Notes: a model not told the origin generated them from the letters alone. Shown: positions 14,186 to 28,900, counted from the first letter of the stretch. The stretch: DNA of 64,000 nt from Podarcis pityusensis (GCA_964106645.2 OZ067045.1); one strand, 5' to 3'. A program made the numbers and translations.

Positions 14186-14831
14186 TACTGACTGTGTTAA
14201 AAGGTTGCATGAAATGGATTTGTATTTTAAAATATTGTAAGCCACTTTATTGAGAATTTTCTCAAAAAGCTGAGTATAAATTCATTAAATTAAATTCAAG
14301 CTGGGGTGGTGTATATTATAGATGGGAAAGGGAAGAGTTCATACCTTTCCGTTAAAGTGGTTTCGAAAGACTAATGTCAGTAGTGCTGTTGAAAAATCTT
14401 CATAAAAGAGAAGCCTTTGACTATTTGTTGTGAGCATGGCAAGCCAGCAAAAGAAGCAGCTTTTTATCACAAATATTTAGCTGTCTATAAAATTCATTAT
14501 TGGAGTTCCCTTCTTTAAAACCAAAACCCCAGCTGAAGAGGGAGAAATACATATTTTGCATTATTGGAAGTAATTTAGCCTTCTTTCACCTCCTCTTTCT
14601 TTAATTGAACTGCAGGGGTAATTTTAAAAAACAACAAAAACCCACCAGTATTTGCTTTGTTTTTGTTTTTAAATTGTGGATCTGTTTGTCAACTTGGGCT
14701 CCTTTGGGAGGAAGGGCAAGATATAAATTCAGTAAATAAATAAAGCATTCTGCTGGATCACAGAGTGGCCAAATATTGGCCTGCACCAGCACCTCCACCC
14801 TTCCTTGTATCCTTAATCTAATTCTACTCAT

Positions 14832-16030
14832 TTAGTTAGTTAGTTTTGTTTGTTTGTTTGTTTGTTTGATTGATTGATTGATATACCACCCTTTTTTATA
14901 AGATCCCAGGGCGGTTCACAGAATAAAATACAGGATAAAAACATGAAAATAAATAAAACAAAACAGCAACACAATACTTCCCTCCCATAGACACATTTTA
15001 AATGCTGTAGAATATTAATAAGCCAAAGGCCTTTTTGAAGAGGGTTGTTTTTACTGGGCACCTAAAAATATATAATGAAGGTGCCAGGCGAACCTCCCTG
15101 GGGAGAACATTCCACAAAGGGAAGCCACTGCAAAAAAAGGCCTGTTCTCGTGTTGCCCCCCTCCAGACCTCAAATGGAGGAGGCGCACAAAGAAGGGCCT
15201 CCAATGATGAACGCCGTGTCTGGGACCGGTTTCTATGGGGAGAGACGGTACTTAAGGTATTGCGGTCCTGAACCATTTAAGGATTTATAGGTCAAAACCA
15301 GCACTTTCAATCGGGCCCAGAAACTAATTGGCAGCCAATGCAGTCGGTGCAATATGCTCAGATTGTCTTGTCACTGTGAGCAACCTGGCTGCTGCATTGT
15401 GAACTAGCTGAAACTTTTGAACCATCTTCAGAGGCAGCCCTACTTATAATGTGTTGCAGTAATCCAACCTAGAGGTTACCAGAGCATAGATAACAGAAGT
15501 TAGGCTATCCAGGTCCAGATAGGGATGCAGCTGGGCCACCAGCCGAAGCTGATGGAAGGCTCTCTGAACCACTGAGCCCACCTGTTCCTCAAGAGACAGC
15601 AGAGGATCCAGGAGTACCCCCAAGCTATATACCTGCTCCTTCAGAGGGAATGTAACCCCATCTAGAGCAGGCAACCTCCCTGCCGTCTGGTCTGAGGAAC
15701 CACCCACCAACAGTACTTCAATCTTATCTGGGTTAAGCTTCAATTGTTGGCTCTCATCCAGTCCCTTACCAAGGCAAGACATCAGTTCAGCACATCCGCT
15801 GCTTTACCCACAGATGTAAGGAGTAATAGAATTGTGTGTCATCAACATATTGCTGACAGCCCACTGGGGTCTGGATGACCTCACTCAGCATTTTCATGTA
15901 AATGTTAAATAGCATCGGGGATAAAATTGAGCCCTGAGAAACTCCACACTGAAGGCTTCACAGAGTTGAAAAGCACTCCCCAAGTATTACCCTCTGGGAG
16001 CGACCATCCAAGAAGGACTGAAACTATGCA
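14832..16030 (-). mobile_element. 5'-truncated L2-clade LINE (RT C-terminal part, 3' UTR, microsatellite tail)
   Basis: Minus-strand translation gives GVSQGSILSPMLFNIYMK, QYVDDTQ (YADD-like), LKLNPDKIEVL and VTSRLDYCN; (CAAT)n(AAAC)n tail at ~14832-14880. Confidence 0.88.
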
Positions 16031-16330
16031 GTGGTTGTGTACTTAACAGTACAATAGACAACTGTACAGTATTTTGTTTTAACATCCATTATTATAGCAT
16101 CCCATTTAAATATACTAAATATATTACAAGTAGATGAATGGTTTAATAAATAAGCTATGGATTGGTTTGTAAGTGAAAGGGACTGCATGAAAGCACAGAG
16201 AAAATAAACATGTTCAGATGTGTTCCTAATAGTTTACTTCCAAAGAATTATTCCCAGAGAGTTGGGACTTAGCACTTAAATAAAACAGCTCACTTACCTA
16301 TAATCTTTTCCTGTTTTTCCCCCTGCTTAG

Positions 16331-17169
16331 GAATGACCTAGAGGCCTTAAATACATTTCTGCATCCTTTGGGCTCTACAATCGAGAGAAGCTCCCTGAAA
16401 GCACTACTCATTAATGTTAAAAGGAAACTACCTCAGCACACGGAAGGAAAGGTGGAAAGACTTGCAATAAAAACAAAACAGTTTTTCTGAATAATGTGTA
16501 CTTGCAAAGTCTCCAGGAAACAAATTTCCATATTTTTTTTCAGTATTAAGATGGGAAACTCAAACGGATTTGACTGACGGGCTCTGTCAAACGAAGAAGC
16601 TGTTAGATCTGCTGATGTGAAGGCTCAGTGGTTCTTCAAAGAAAGACGTCTCTGTTAACAATCACTGTTGAACAGTGATTTTGCTCATCCCCTCCTAATA
16701 CTATTTGAAGCAGTTTCTAACTATTATATTACTTTGGAAAAAATTAAGTTCCTTCAGTGTAAATTAATGTTAACGTCAGGTGTCAAATATGTGTTGGCAG
16801 GAAAGCTGCAACAGATTGTTTTGGTTTTTTTGTTTTGTTTTGCCCCCTGCTTTGAAATTGTATCTTGAGTGCACACAATAGAATGCTAAGTGGAAAATAA
16901 AGTATTTTTAAAAAACTATCATAGCTAGCTTTTACAATTATAGTTTGTAATAGCAGCAGTGCTGCATTTGAACACTGAATAATACAAAGACAGTAAACCT
17001 GCTGCCTTTCTCACTGCTGACACAAATTACCTATCTTTTTTGTTTTTGAAATGCCTCCTATGAAAATTATGTGCATACTCTACTACTGCTACACATAGAT
17101 CTATTTCTAAGGGAGCAATTCAAGAGGAGGGATTGTTAATTCAAGGAACCTTTGGTCAAGTACTTCCTT
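16331..17169 (+). other. GARRE1: Probable long 5' UTR portion of the GARRE1 first coding exon, containing several uORFs
   Basis: Strong acceptor (cttttcctgtttttccccctgcttag|) at 16330; alternative acceptor ttttttttcag| at 16543; only a weak AG (17111) closer to the ATG; no recognisable repeats. Confidence 0.55.
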
Positions 17170-17652
17170 ATGTATTGCTGCAGTGCACAAGAAAGTAAAA
17201 TGGACTACAAGCGGCGCTTTTTGCTTGGCGGGTCCAAGCAAAAGGTGCAGCAACACCAGCAGTATCAAGTGCCAGAACTAGGCAAGACTCTGAGTGCACC
17301 TTTAGCATCTCCAGCCACAACATCCCCTCTGATTTCTCCGGCTGCTGCTGGCGGCTGCAACCATGCGACTCCAATTGCAGACATCCAGCAGGGAATCTCC
17401 AAATATCTGGATGCACTCAATGTATTTTGCCGTGCAAGCGCGTTCCTTACAGATCTTTTCAGCAGTGTATTTCGGAACTCGCACTATTCTAAGGCAGCTA
17501 TGCAACTGAAAGACGTGCAGGAACATGTCATGGAAGCAGCAAGTCGACTCACAGCAGCAATAAAACCAGAAATAGCAAAAATGCTCATGGAATTGAGTGC
17601 TGGAGCAGCGAACTTTAAAGATCAAAAGGAATTCAGCCTACAGGACATTGAG
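17170..17652 (+). CDS. GARRE1: GARRE1 coding exon 1 (MYCCSAQESK...FSLQDIE)
   Basis: ATG at 17170; donor GAG|gtgagt at 17653. Confidence 0.95.
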
Positions 17653-20600
17653 GTGAGTTAACACTGATATCACAGATTTTCTATCCATCTCCTTAAATTG
17701 CCTGGTATCTGCAAGACCTGCAGAGAAGGTTTAAGCCAGGGATAGGGAACATGTGGTCCTCCCAGATGCTGTTGGACTCCACTTCCTGTCAGCTTCAGTG
17801 AGCACAGCCAGTGGACAAGTACAGTGGTACCTCTGGTTGCGGATAGGATTCGTTCCGGAAGTCCGGTCGGATCCCAAGGTTTCTGCAACCCGAGGACTGC
17901 TTCTGCACATGCACACGTGGCGAAACCCGGTAAAATACTTCCAGGTTTGCCATGCATGCATCCCGAAGTTTATGTAACCAGAGGGTTAGGTAAACAGAGG
18001 TTCAACTGTATTATAGATGTCCAACCGGAGGAGCCCATTCCATTTTTGTGCTGTTTTAGTGAAGATAGAAAAAGTATTAATTATACATCTGCACCTGACA
18101 TATTGTCTGCCTGGTGTCTTAAAATGACAGTGACAGCCGTATATTTTTAAAACAAAAAATTGAATTGATATGGCATATTGTAATATCTTATCTAATAATC
18201 TGAGAAAAAAATCCTCATATACACAAGAGAAGCAGCCGTTTAAATGTACAGTGTTTTGTGGAATCTTAAACACAACTGTGGACTAGAGTCCACTTCATCA
18301 GATGACTGGAGTGTGATCTTTTGTTGGCAAGGTATACACACACATAGGTGTAAAGAAAAATGTAAACAGTAAGTTCAGAGGGAAATAAAGTATTTGAGAA
18401 TTACATTGCAGCTTAAATGTATATAAAATAAGCACAGGTACCGTTCAAAAACCACTATTGATTATTGTGTTCTGATTGGAAAGCCTTTATTGAAGAGTGG
18501 TGTAAAAACCCATTTAACCAATATCTAATCTTTGAAGCACCATGGTGAGTATAGCTAAATGTAACTATGGTACTGCAGAGTCCATTCACTTAATGGATAG
18601 CTTAGGCATTCAAAGGAGCAATGAGTTTAAAAATACAAGCATGGAGATTCAGGAACATGGAGATTCAGGATGGAGATTCAGGAACATGACACACTTTTGG
18701 AGGCTTACGCAATCCAATGTATTCCTGAATGCCCTTGGGAAGTTTCTAGTTAGCATGGCTGGCTTTGTCCTGCAGGATTCCATCTTGTCTCCTACGCTGT
18801 TTGATATCTATATGAAGCCATTGGGGAAAGCCATCTGGGAATTTGGAATAGAGTGCTTTCAGTATGCTGTGTTTCTCCTAGTCAGGTGAGGTAGTGGAAG
18901 TGCTGAGCTGTTGTCTAGAATTTGCAATTGAGTGTTAATAAGCTGCAGCTCAGTCCCAACAAGATAGAGATGTTTTGGGTATGTGGGGTTTTTTTGTTCA
19001 GGGCGGGGTGTGTGTGGATTCAACCTGTTACTGATAGAGTCATAATCCTCTAGAAGAGTAGGGTGCCAGGATGCCTTTGGAGGCAGCCTTTGAAAACTGC
19101 CTAGAAGCAAAAGTCAGCTCAGAATACAGCTGCTAGGAATTTAATTGGGGAAGATCATTCCAATCATATCTGCAAAGTTTTAGAAGGGGATCACTTGCTA
19201 CATGTCCACCTCTGAGCCAAATTTAGGGCGCTAGTGTTTCGTTTTAAAGCCCCAAACAGTTTGAACCTAGATATCTCAGAGCACTTTCTCCCATATCAGC
19301 CGACTTGTGCTCTGGCTGATGTGTTTTGAAAAAGGATTTTGTGTTTTTAAGAAAGTGAGCTTAGCTGAATTATCCAGTAGGATTGCCATTGTTAGCTACA
19401 TCTTGAGGGGTTTTGTGTGTGTGTTCCTGTCACATCGTCTTGCCTTTAAGTATTTCTGCAGTAAGTAAAAAAGACAGGTGTCACTTTATTTTGGTTGCAT
19501 AGCTGCAGTTGCTTGTGTCACATGTGCTACTTTGCCATCTGTACAGGACATGCATAAGTAGTCAGATGCAGGACATTCTTTTGGCTCAACTAAATATACA
19601 TACAAGTTTTTCAACCTGATGGTGGGCTTTTGCTGTTAGAGAACATTGTAGAGTTCACTAACAGCTTCATGTCTGAGTGGGGTTTTGAATATGGGTCTTC
19701 AGCACTCCAGTCACCACATTGGCACACTCATTTCTCAACTAGAGAGAAGTGATAAACACTGTTAAAAGCAGTTTTTGTCCTGGTACGCCTCTGTTGTTTC
19801 TTAGGGTGTATTTCAATGTGGCATGAGGCAGAAGTATCTCATTTGTACTCGCTTGTATCACAACATTTCCATGACTTGTCCAAAGCCTGGAGATGTGTAT
19901 GTTTTTCTTTCCGTCCCTGTCTGTCTCCACCCCCTGGAGGGGGAAAGTTGTGTTGCAAAATACGGGGAGACGTGCATCTTGCAGCTTTGAATGACAGTCA
20001 CGAGTGCAAGTCATTCATACTTCTGACCTGCATGATGTCTAAAGCTGCCCCCAAGAGTGTTCACCTACTTCCCTATTATTTTCTCTTGGTAGCATGTTGT
20101 AAGCAAGATGATGACATTCAAAAGCCCTTACAGGGTTGTCTTTTTAAATTGGGGCTGCATGACATGTTATAAAATTTTCAGGTACACAGTATCAGTACTG
20201 CCTGTTCCCAGAATGCACAGCACAAAGTTTGAGGCAAGCACTATACCAGTATGCTGCAGGAATCCAGGCCCCAGGATACATCCATTGCTTACATATGGAG
20301 CCAAAAATGTATGTGAACACACATGTGTCACAATTCAGATTGTGTAACAGATAATAAAATTGGCCCTGAGATGGAAAAGAAGCAGAGAGAATTTCATCCT
20401 AGTTCTATATTGTTACATTATAAAACACTCAATGGACACTTTAGCTGGTGTCCACAAATCTGCTTTGTTCAGCAGCACAGGAACACAGAAATCTGCCTGG
20501 TACTGAGTCAGACCATTGCATTTAGCTCGGTATTCTACTACTGAGAGCAGCTTCCCAACATTTTAGACAGGGGAGACTCCTAGCCCTACATCCCTGCCCC

Positions 20601-22869
20601 TGAGTTCTTGCTTGTGCTGCAGTTTGGTGGAGGTGAGAAGCAGCAGCAATTTCTTCCATTTGTTGATTATGTTATCCAGGCTTTTGTGCAAATGTGAGAA
20701 CAACTCCCTTCACCTGTGTTAGGTGTGGATGGTGAGCACAGAGGCTGGCTCTTAAGCCATACCAGTCTACACCGCCGCTGCCACCCCCCTTTAATTATAA
20801 TGTTTTAGAAAGGGAACCAACACAGTAGATTTGTATTTGTATCACTTTTTAGAGTTGTACTTTCTGCAATCTTGCAAAATAGTCTGCAGTACTGCAAAAT
20901 GTGTTCTTGCTGTTTGCCTTAACCAGTGGCCCCCAGAAGAAAGGAGCTTTTCTGTTGGAGTGTGCTCTGGAGTCTCATCAGTTTCAACTTTTAAAATAAG
21001 CTTTACTAATAATTTGAGACAAGTAGCCCTTGGCCTAAATAAACTGAATTCTGTAAGAACCCAGAATCAGAGTGTCATTCTTTCCATAAGAATCGTATTG
21101 ACAGGCTTAACCATTGCAATTTATTTTTTTTACGTATGTGTGTGTGTATGCTAGCTGAATACTTCTTAAAATAAGGAAACTGCACTGGAGAGGCCAGTCG
21201 GCATACCTAAACTGTTCAGTTTAAACTTTGTACAAAGAGGGGAAATGATCGAATCATAAAGGAATGTTGAAGGGAGACTAGATGGAATGGGCAGGGAGGG
21301 GGAGCCACTACCACCAGCAGTTCTGCTTAAGTAGAATTAGCTGTTAGCATTTTGACAAACTCTGCCAATAAATGAATTTATTAAAAGGGGAAACGTATTC
21401 TAAAAAGAAGTCGTATATCTATTTGCCTTATTGAAATACTTATTTAAATTTATTTAAAGCATTTTTATCCCCCTCTTCAGCTGAAACAGGCTGCAGAGCA
21501 AGTTACAGTTATCAGTGATAATACAGTCTCTGTCCTTGGTTATACAATCTAAAAGGCACAAAAGGAAAAGGAATTGGTAGGGGTGGGGAAACAAGCTCTT
21601 AGTTACAGAGAACTGTAATTTACTGGTCTTTTAGATGGAAGGGGCCGTGGAGGCCCATGTCTCCCTCTCTTATAGCCTGACTGAACGGCTGCTTGTGCAT
21701 GCTACATACTCCAAAAATGAGGCAAGCAAATGTACTTTACTGCAGTTATTGTGTCTAGTGCATTTAACCACAGAATCCTCAAAATACTGGGTTGTAGCCA
21801 ACTAAGTTCTACTCAGAGTAGACCCATTGAAATTAATGGACATGACTAACTTAGGTCATTGTGTGGGAGGAGTGGCAACTCAGTTAGATCCCTCAATATG
21901 CCACACAGGATGGAGCCTTCAGTGTAAGTAACCAGTGCTTCATTTTGTGCTTTTATTAATTTTTAGATTAGATGTAGGGTAATAATGTATTTGTATGAAT
22001 GTCAATCAGATATTTTCACGTGGGAAAATTTAGTTCAAACACCAGAATACACTTACAAATAACTGAATGGAAGAATATCCTTTTGTTTTTGTTTTTTCAT
22101 TTTCATAGGTACTTGGACGATGTTTCTTGACAGTGATGCAGGTTCATTTTCAGTTTTTATCCCAAGCATTGCAGAAGGTCCAACCAGTGGCTCATTCATG
22201 TTTTACGGAAGCTGTAGCTCAGGAAAGAAAGAATTCTAATATGGCTGAGACATCCAGTGCAAGTCCCACAATTGAGCTAGAAGAAGCTGTGCGGTCATGG
22301 AGAGGAGCGGCTGAGGTAAAGATGTAATTGTTGTGTTGCTGGATCTGATCAACAGTCCAAAATTCAGTGTTTTGTCTCCACCCAGGTGCTGCTAGGTAGC
22401 TCCCAAGCATAGCCTATTTATTTGTATTTCATAAAAAATGTATACTGCTTGATTGTAAGAAAAAACATCAAAGCAGCTTTAAAAAAACCTCAAGGGCTTG
22501 AAAGTGGTAACATACATTTAGTTCTGGCAGAGTGGTTTTACTTTTCATAGTGGTGGTAACTTGCATCTTGTGCGTTGGTAATCTTTTGGTTTCTAAAACT
22601 ACTAAAAGACTGAAGAATTCTACAGAAAATTAGGCCTTTGGCCACAGAATGATAAGCTATAGGTTCCAGCAAGCCACCATGAGGTTGGGAGTATAGTGTA
22701 CTCCGTAAAGTCAAGTGGTATTTCTAGCTGCATTAGGGAATGTGCATATATTGGTTGAATTTTGTACATTCTCTTACCTTCATGCATAATTCCCAGCTTA
22801 CACTCATCTTAACATTTATATGTATTTTTAATGTGTTAGTATTTGTAATTATTTGTTAATTAAAGTAAT

Positions 22870-22906
<37 letters not shown>

Positions 22907-25900
22907 GTTCTCCCTCCCATAATGGATCCCATAATGAGGGTTTGTTAATGAGTTTGTTTAAAAGATTGCAGTCCCCCTGCTCTGTCTCCCCCCGCAATAA
23001 AAAATCAGTCATATAAATCTGATGATTAAATTGAGAACTTTAACTAAATTCTGAAGCTAGATTAAATAATCCACTTCCCTTCCTGTTTGCTTTCACCATA
23101 GTAACTGTGGGGCTCAAAAGTTTATTTTGCCACTTTTGAGCCACAGCTATTTAGTCTTATCCATTTTTTGTGTTCTCTTTGAAGGCCACATCACGGCTAC
23201 GAGAAAGGGGTTGTGATGGCTGTTTGGCTGGAATCGAGGTCCAGCAACTCTTCTGCTCCCAGAGTGTGGCAATTCCTGAGCACCAGCTAAAAGAATTGAA
23301 CTTGAAAATAGACAGCGCTTTGCAGGTTAGTTATATCTTTATATCACCATTTGGGTATGGAATAAAATATGTAGGGCTTAAGCAGGGTTGCTGCTGAGCA
23401 AGTCCTTTTTAATGAGAGCTTCCGTGCCAACAGCAGAGACTGCTGACATTCTGGAAGCTTTAGCTGCCCCCTCAGTTAAGGGAGGGTGTGATTGACCATG
23501 GGGAATATGTTATTTTCTCTTTTAGGTTAGCAAGGTTTTGTGATGATATTGGGTGGTGGTGGTTTTAAATTCAGGTATGTGATGCATTAAACATATATCT
23601 ATTTAATACCAGGCGTATAAAGCTGCATTGGAAAGTTTGGGTCACTGTGAATATGCGATGAAGGCTGGCTTCCACTTGAACCCAAAATCTATTGAAGCCA
23701 GTTTGCAGGTAAACACCCCCCCCCCCATCTTTTCCTGGCAAATATGTTTACTGTAGATAAAGCTGAATTGCTTGCGTATGGATTTCTCCCTGACACATTG
23801 CTTTGGTGTTCTGTCTCTAAAGGGGTGTTGCAGTGATGCTGAAGCCCAGCAGACTGGCCGGAGACAGACCCCTTCTCAACCCATTCAGTGTGAGCTCCCC
23901 ACAGTTCCTGTTCAGATAGGTGCCCACTTCCTAAAAGGAATATCCTTTAATGAGTCGGCGGCAGATAACCTGAAGCTCAAAACGGTAAGTACCCCAAATC
24001 TGTATCAAACCCAATAATATTTTCTTTGTTGGTAGCAAGCTCCGTGTGGATAGATTACATGCAAAGCAAGCATTTTAAACCTTGTCCCACTTTAGCAAGT
24101 TTATTCAGGAAATATTTAGTGTTTTGGTATTTAAAAGATACTGGATTGTAAGCGAAACTGTGTTCCAAAGCTAATGGTCACATCTGGCCAATTGTAGCCC
24201 TTCTGGTTGAAGGGACTAACAGGCCCGGTGATGCATCTTTTCTGCTTTGTGTCTTGTTTCCTTAAAGCTTACTGGTAGCATTCTCCAAAAGTTAGAGGCG
24301 GTTTTCTTAAATGCTCCTCCTTCCACTCCACGTGCTGACTTGTTTTGTGTACAGTGGTACCTCTGGTTGCGAACGGGATCCATTCCGGAGGCCCGTTCGC
24401 AACATGAAAAGAGTGCAACCCGCAGTGCTTCTGTGCATGCGTGGGATGTCATTTTGCACTTCTGCACATGCATGAGCGGCGAAACCCAGAAGTAGCCCTT
24501 TCCGGTACTTCCGGGTCGCTGCTGGATGTAACCTGAAAGAACGTAACCTGAAGCGGACATAACATGAGGTATGACTGTATACATGTTGACTCTGCTTGAC
24601 ATGAAGTGCCTCCTCACTTCTGTCTGAAGAGGTGAAGAGAGACAGAAGACAGATCCTCACATATGGCCACAACCAAGAGCAAAGTCTCTCCCTGCAAAGT
24701 TCTAAGCTGCTGTAACTATGATGATGATGTTGGCACAGTCTTGCTGCACTGGAGTTACCTGTTCCAGAGCATCTAGTTCTTTGTCAGCCACATTTTTTGC
24801 AGTGTATGGAATGGATTGGCCTGGTTTAGTATGGAAAGAAATCGGCCACAGCTCAGTGGCTTGAAAAAAGGGAACTATGATTCATGATAGAGGATTTGGG
24901 CCACTATTTGGTGCAAGAGGTTTTCTGCAAAGATATGTTTTGAACCTTCAGCATGGTGAATTGTTTCATAAAAAGTTAGCTTCAAATAGGATTGTCCTAA
25001 TTTTGTATCTTTTGCATCACGTCTGGATAATTTTTTTAATATTTTTTTTTTACTATCATTTTATCCCTCTTTTCAGACAGTTGTCTTCCAAAATGACTTA
25101 TATTGGTTTTAAAAACAGCTGGGATGTCTTATTGGGCTTACAAAGGCACACTCAATGGAAGGGAAGTGGAGAGATAGAGTAGGAGGGAGGCCAGTTCTTT
25201 TAAGGCCAGAAGGAAGTGGGTGAGCTATTTATAATCCAGTTGGGGCCAGGATGACCTTCCCTTGTTCTTCTTCTCTTGAATAGCAGTTGGTGACTCTTGT
25301 TCCTTTGGTCGATGGTTGGGACCAGAGTGTCCTTTCCATTTGCTTCTGCAGTCCCAGGACAATTGGCAGCGGGACCCAAATATTCTGTCTGGCAGGGAGG
25401 AAGACACAAACTTTTTCTCCGCACTGGATGAGACCAGGCTACACTCCCCCTTATAATGATGTCCTTTCTGGGAGTTGCGGAGAAGCAACCTCCCAAGGGC
25501 CTAGGCCAATGGCAGTGGCCAGAGTGTGTTGCCTTCAAATCTGAAATTCTTGAGCAAGCTGGTAGTTGGGTTAAGACTTTATTTGGTTCTAATATGAAGT
25601 TTTAAAAATACACATACATATTTTAACACTGTGAACATCTAAGCCTCCATTCTCCAATATGTGGCACGTACCATGCATCTTAGAAAATCCATGCATCCAG
25701 TGAAGTGGACAATAATCCATGAAAACCTATTCTATAATTTAAAAAAAATGTTTTAGAGTGCCACAGCACTCTTTGTAATAATAGATCTTCAGCAGCCTTC
25801 CCTTTATTATCATTCCACATAATCTCATGCTACTTCTAATAAGCCATTGGAACCCAGCCCTGGTTGCTGTGTGTTTCCTCCTGAATTCAGGGAATCTACA

Positions 25901-28900
25901 CAGATATAGTATGAAACAGAGATATCACCATTGGAATGAGGGTGCTGGTGACCACTGGAAACAGCAGGCACGGGGGGAAGTGTTGGGCTAGAACCATCAT
26001 AATTTGAACATTGATTTAAGTAATAACTGCAGTCGTCAGTATTTATGTAAGGTGTTTATATATGGCTTAATTACCAAAGTGCCTGCATGCATGGTGGGGG
26101 AGTGGGGAAAGGGTATCATGACTTGCTTGCTTCCTGCATAGCAATCTTGTTTTGTGTTCTTGTTTTTGCAGCACACGATGATACAACTAATTAAAGAAGC
26201 TGGCTGCCATAATGGAGTGACCCCAAGGGATGACTCTCCTGTGACTGAAGTGCTGAACCAAGTTTGCCCTTCTACATGGCGGGGCGCATGTAAGACGGCT
26301 GTACAGTTGTTGTTTGGCCAAGCTGGGCTGGTAAGTAGCCATGAGTGCACAAGTGTTGATTTTAGAATACTTAAATCGTTCTTTACAGCTCCAAGGATAT
26401 CTCAGGGCAGCTTCCAAAATATTTGCCCAATATAATCTCCTTCAAGCATAATTTAAGAAATAAAATAGTGTGTTTATCGATTTGGTGCCAAGATTGTTCA
26501 GGTAGCCTTTCCTGCCCTCATTCTTGGTCTTCTCTGGTGCTGCCAGGTAGTGAGTCTGCTTTGGTGCTCTGAGGCAAGGCAGTCGGGTCAAGCACCTGGA
26601 GCTCACTCAGCCCATTATGGTGAGGGGGCATGTCTCCTTTGCTGGCAGCAGGTAGTTGCAAGGTGGCAGCTCCAATTGAGGACCTCTAGAGCCAGGTAAT
26701 GGTACTGAGCAGTTGGAGCATACTCAGCTCATGGATGGAAACCATCTTCCTTTGCTAGCAGTTTCCAGGCAGAAGGTCTTCTGAGGCAAGGGAGTCAGGC
26801 TGAACAGCTATGTGAGAAGAGTAAAAAGGGGACAGCTGACATGCGGCAAATATAATTTAGTTCTGAAAAATGTATGGGTCATCATCTGTATGTTGGAACC
26901 TGTAGCTGATGGTTGCAGTGTAGAGTGCTTTGTTTTGTATGCCAGTCAGTCACCTGTGTCCTTTTCCAGGATACCCCATTCCATACCTCCTCCTTCCCCA
27001 TCTGTTTTCTTCCTCCTAACAGTCAGTATCCCATGGCCACTGAGCACAACCAACTCATGTTGGGCGTTTTTCATCCCCATCCCCAATAGGCTTTTGTACC
27101 TCTACAAACCTTGGGGTTTGCCCCAGCCTGCTGATTCCTTCCTCTTGTGCATGGATGGTGCAGATTTGGCTCCATACAGATCCACACTCAATATTTGTAT
27201 ATAAGATGATGCTATTAATTGACCAGCTTCTCCGTTATCCCTTTTGTTTTGGGGAACTTATATTCCACAGAGTAAAATATTCCCAACCTGAAGTTCATTG
27301 TTTGCATATTTGCCTGTGTGGAATCACACGAATCGCTATCTCCATCTACCTTATTGCACAAGATCCTTGACTCCAATGAATAAGAGGCATTGCAAGTTTT
27401 GGGTAGTTTTTCTTTGTCTGCTCAGTCTCAAAGTAACTCTGGTCACTGTAACCAAGAGCTGAGTTGTTGTAGCAACTGGAGTGTTAGGTTTAGATTCAGG
27501 GGGGAAATGCCACTCAGAGCTCCTTGGAGGAAGGTATAACATAAGCAATAAAACAAGTGTTTGAGATTTGAAATTGTTGCCTTTGTGTAGAAGAAAATGA
27601 GAAGTACCAGTGCTTGGTTGAAAAGAAGGAATAAGTGCAATAGGGCCTTAGTTGTAGTAGCGGGGGTAAGGGGTGGTTTGCCTCCAGGGGTACCAAGCCA
27701 AGAAAGTTAGCTGCTTCACCTGCAGAAATCATTGCAGTGTGTTCTTTTGCTGTCTTTCTGAGAAGAAATCCATGTTGATGGGAAGTCGAGGAATTGGCCC
27801 CCCAAATAGTGCTGCTGCTTCTATTTTGTGGTCTTGTACTGTGCAACAATTATGATTTCTTTTAAACTGGAATTTCCCATTTTGAAAACACTGCCTGTGC
27901 AGACTCTTAAGAAATCTGCTCTTGCCATCAGTCTTCTCATTCACATTTTTAATATGTGATGTTGGCCCAAGTCATGTGATAATGTGACTAGAGCAGGGAC
28001 TTCAATTAGATGGACAGAAACTGCCACAGACTCCTCTTTTTTTGCTGGATAGAAGCAGTGATATCTGCATGTTTATGTTCTACTTGCATTGCTTCTAATT
28101 TGGTGTACCGATGAGACATTATCTTCCGTTGTTTAGATTGTCCTCTAGGTGGGTATTATGGAGGAAACATCTGTAAAGCCAGAACAATGGAAGTCGGGAG
28201 TCATTTCCCAGGCTGGGCGTGAGAAATGGCTGTACTGTGAGATTAGCTTGTTTAGATAAATGAAACACAAGGAGTTGGTAACGTGCTTCCTCATCCGTTG
28301 AAATGCTGTTGGCATATACCACAACGCCACTTAGAAATCCTGAATATTGAGTGGTATATAACTACCTGAAAATATGGAAAATAAATACCACTGATACATA
28401 CACTCCCACAATTGAACTTTAAGATCTCAAGGCTTCATTGGGTATGGAGGAGAGCCTTTAAATGTATGGGCATTGTGCAGGCAGTGTTTCCACTAGATCA
28501 TAGAATAGGACTTCTGAACTGGGCATTTCTCTATTGTTCTTTATGAGACCTCAGTCTCCCTGTCCTATGCTGATAGCAAGGAAGCTGTTCCTTTTTATAA
28601 CATTCCAAATTTTGCAGCACCTTAACTGTCCAGATAGAATGCAGGATAATCTTATTGTGAAAACTTGTTTTATAATCATAGGTAGTAAATTGAGAGGGTA
28701 GAACTATAAAATGGTTTGCTAGATATCAAGTAGTTGCAGCCTCCCAAAAGGAGGACAAAAGGAAAGGCCCAGATCATGTGCAGCTGAAAAATCTTTAGAT
28801 AAGCCTTCCTCTTTTTGGTTAACAGTGGCCTTTTCAGATGTTACACTGTAGGATTTATCAGAGTAAATGTGAAACGATTCTTCTACACCCACGCACCCCA

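Noticed and set aside
15444-15782. 112-aa ORF with reverse-transcriptase-associated motifs
   Set aside because: Fragment of a truncated, frameshifted L2 LINE with YVDD instead of YADD; not an intact or domesticated gene.
18640-18690. Triplicated ~16-bp unit catggagattcaggaa (a similar short duplication lies at 54985-55015)
   Set aside because: Ordinary slippage duplications in intronic DNA with no sign of function.
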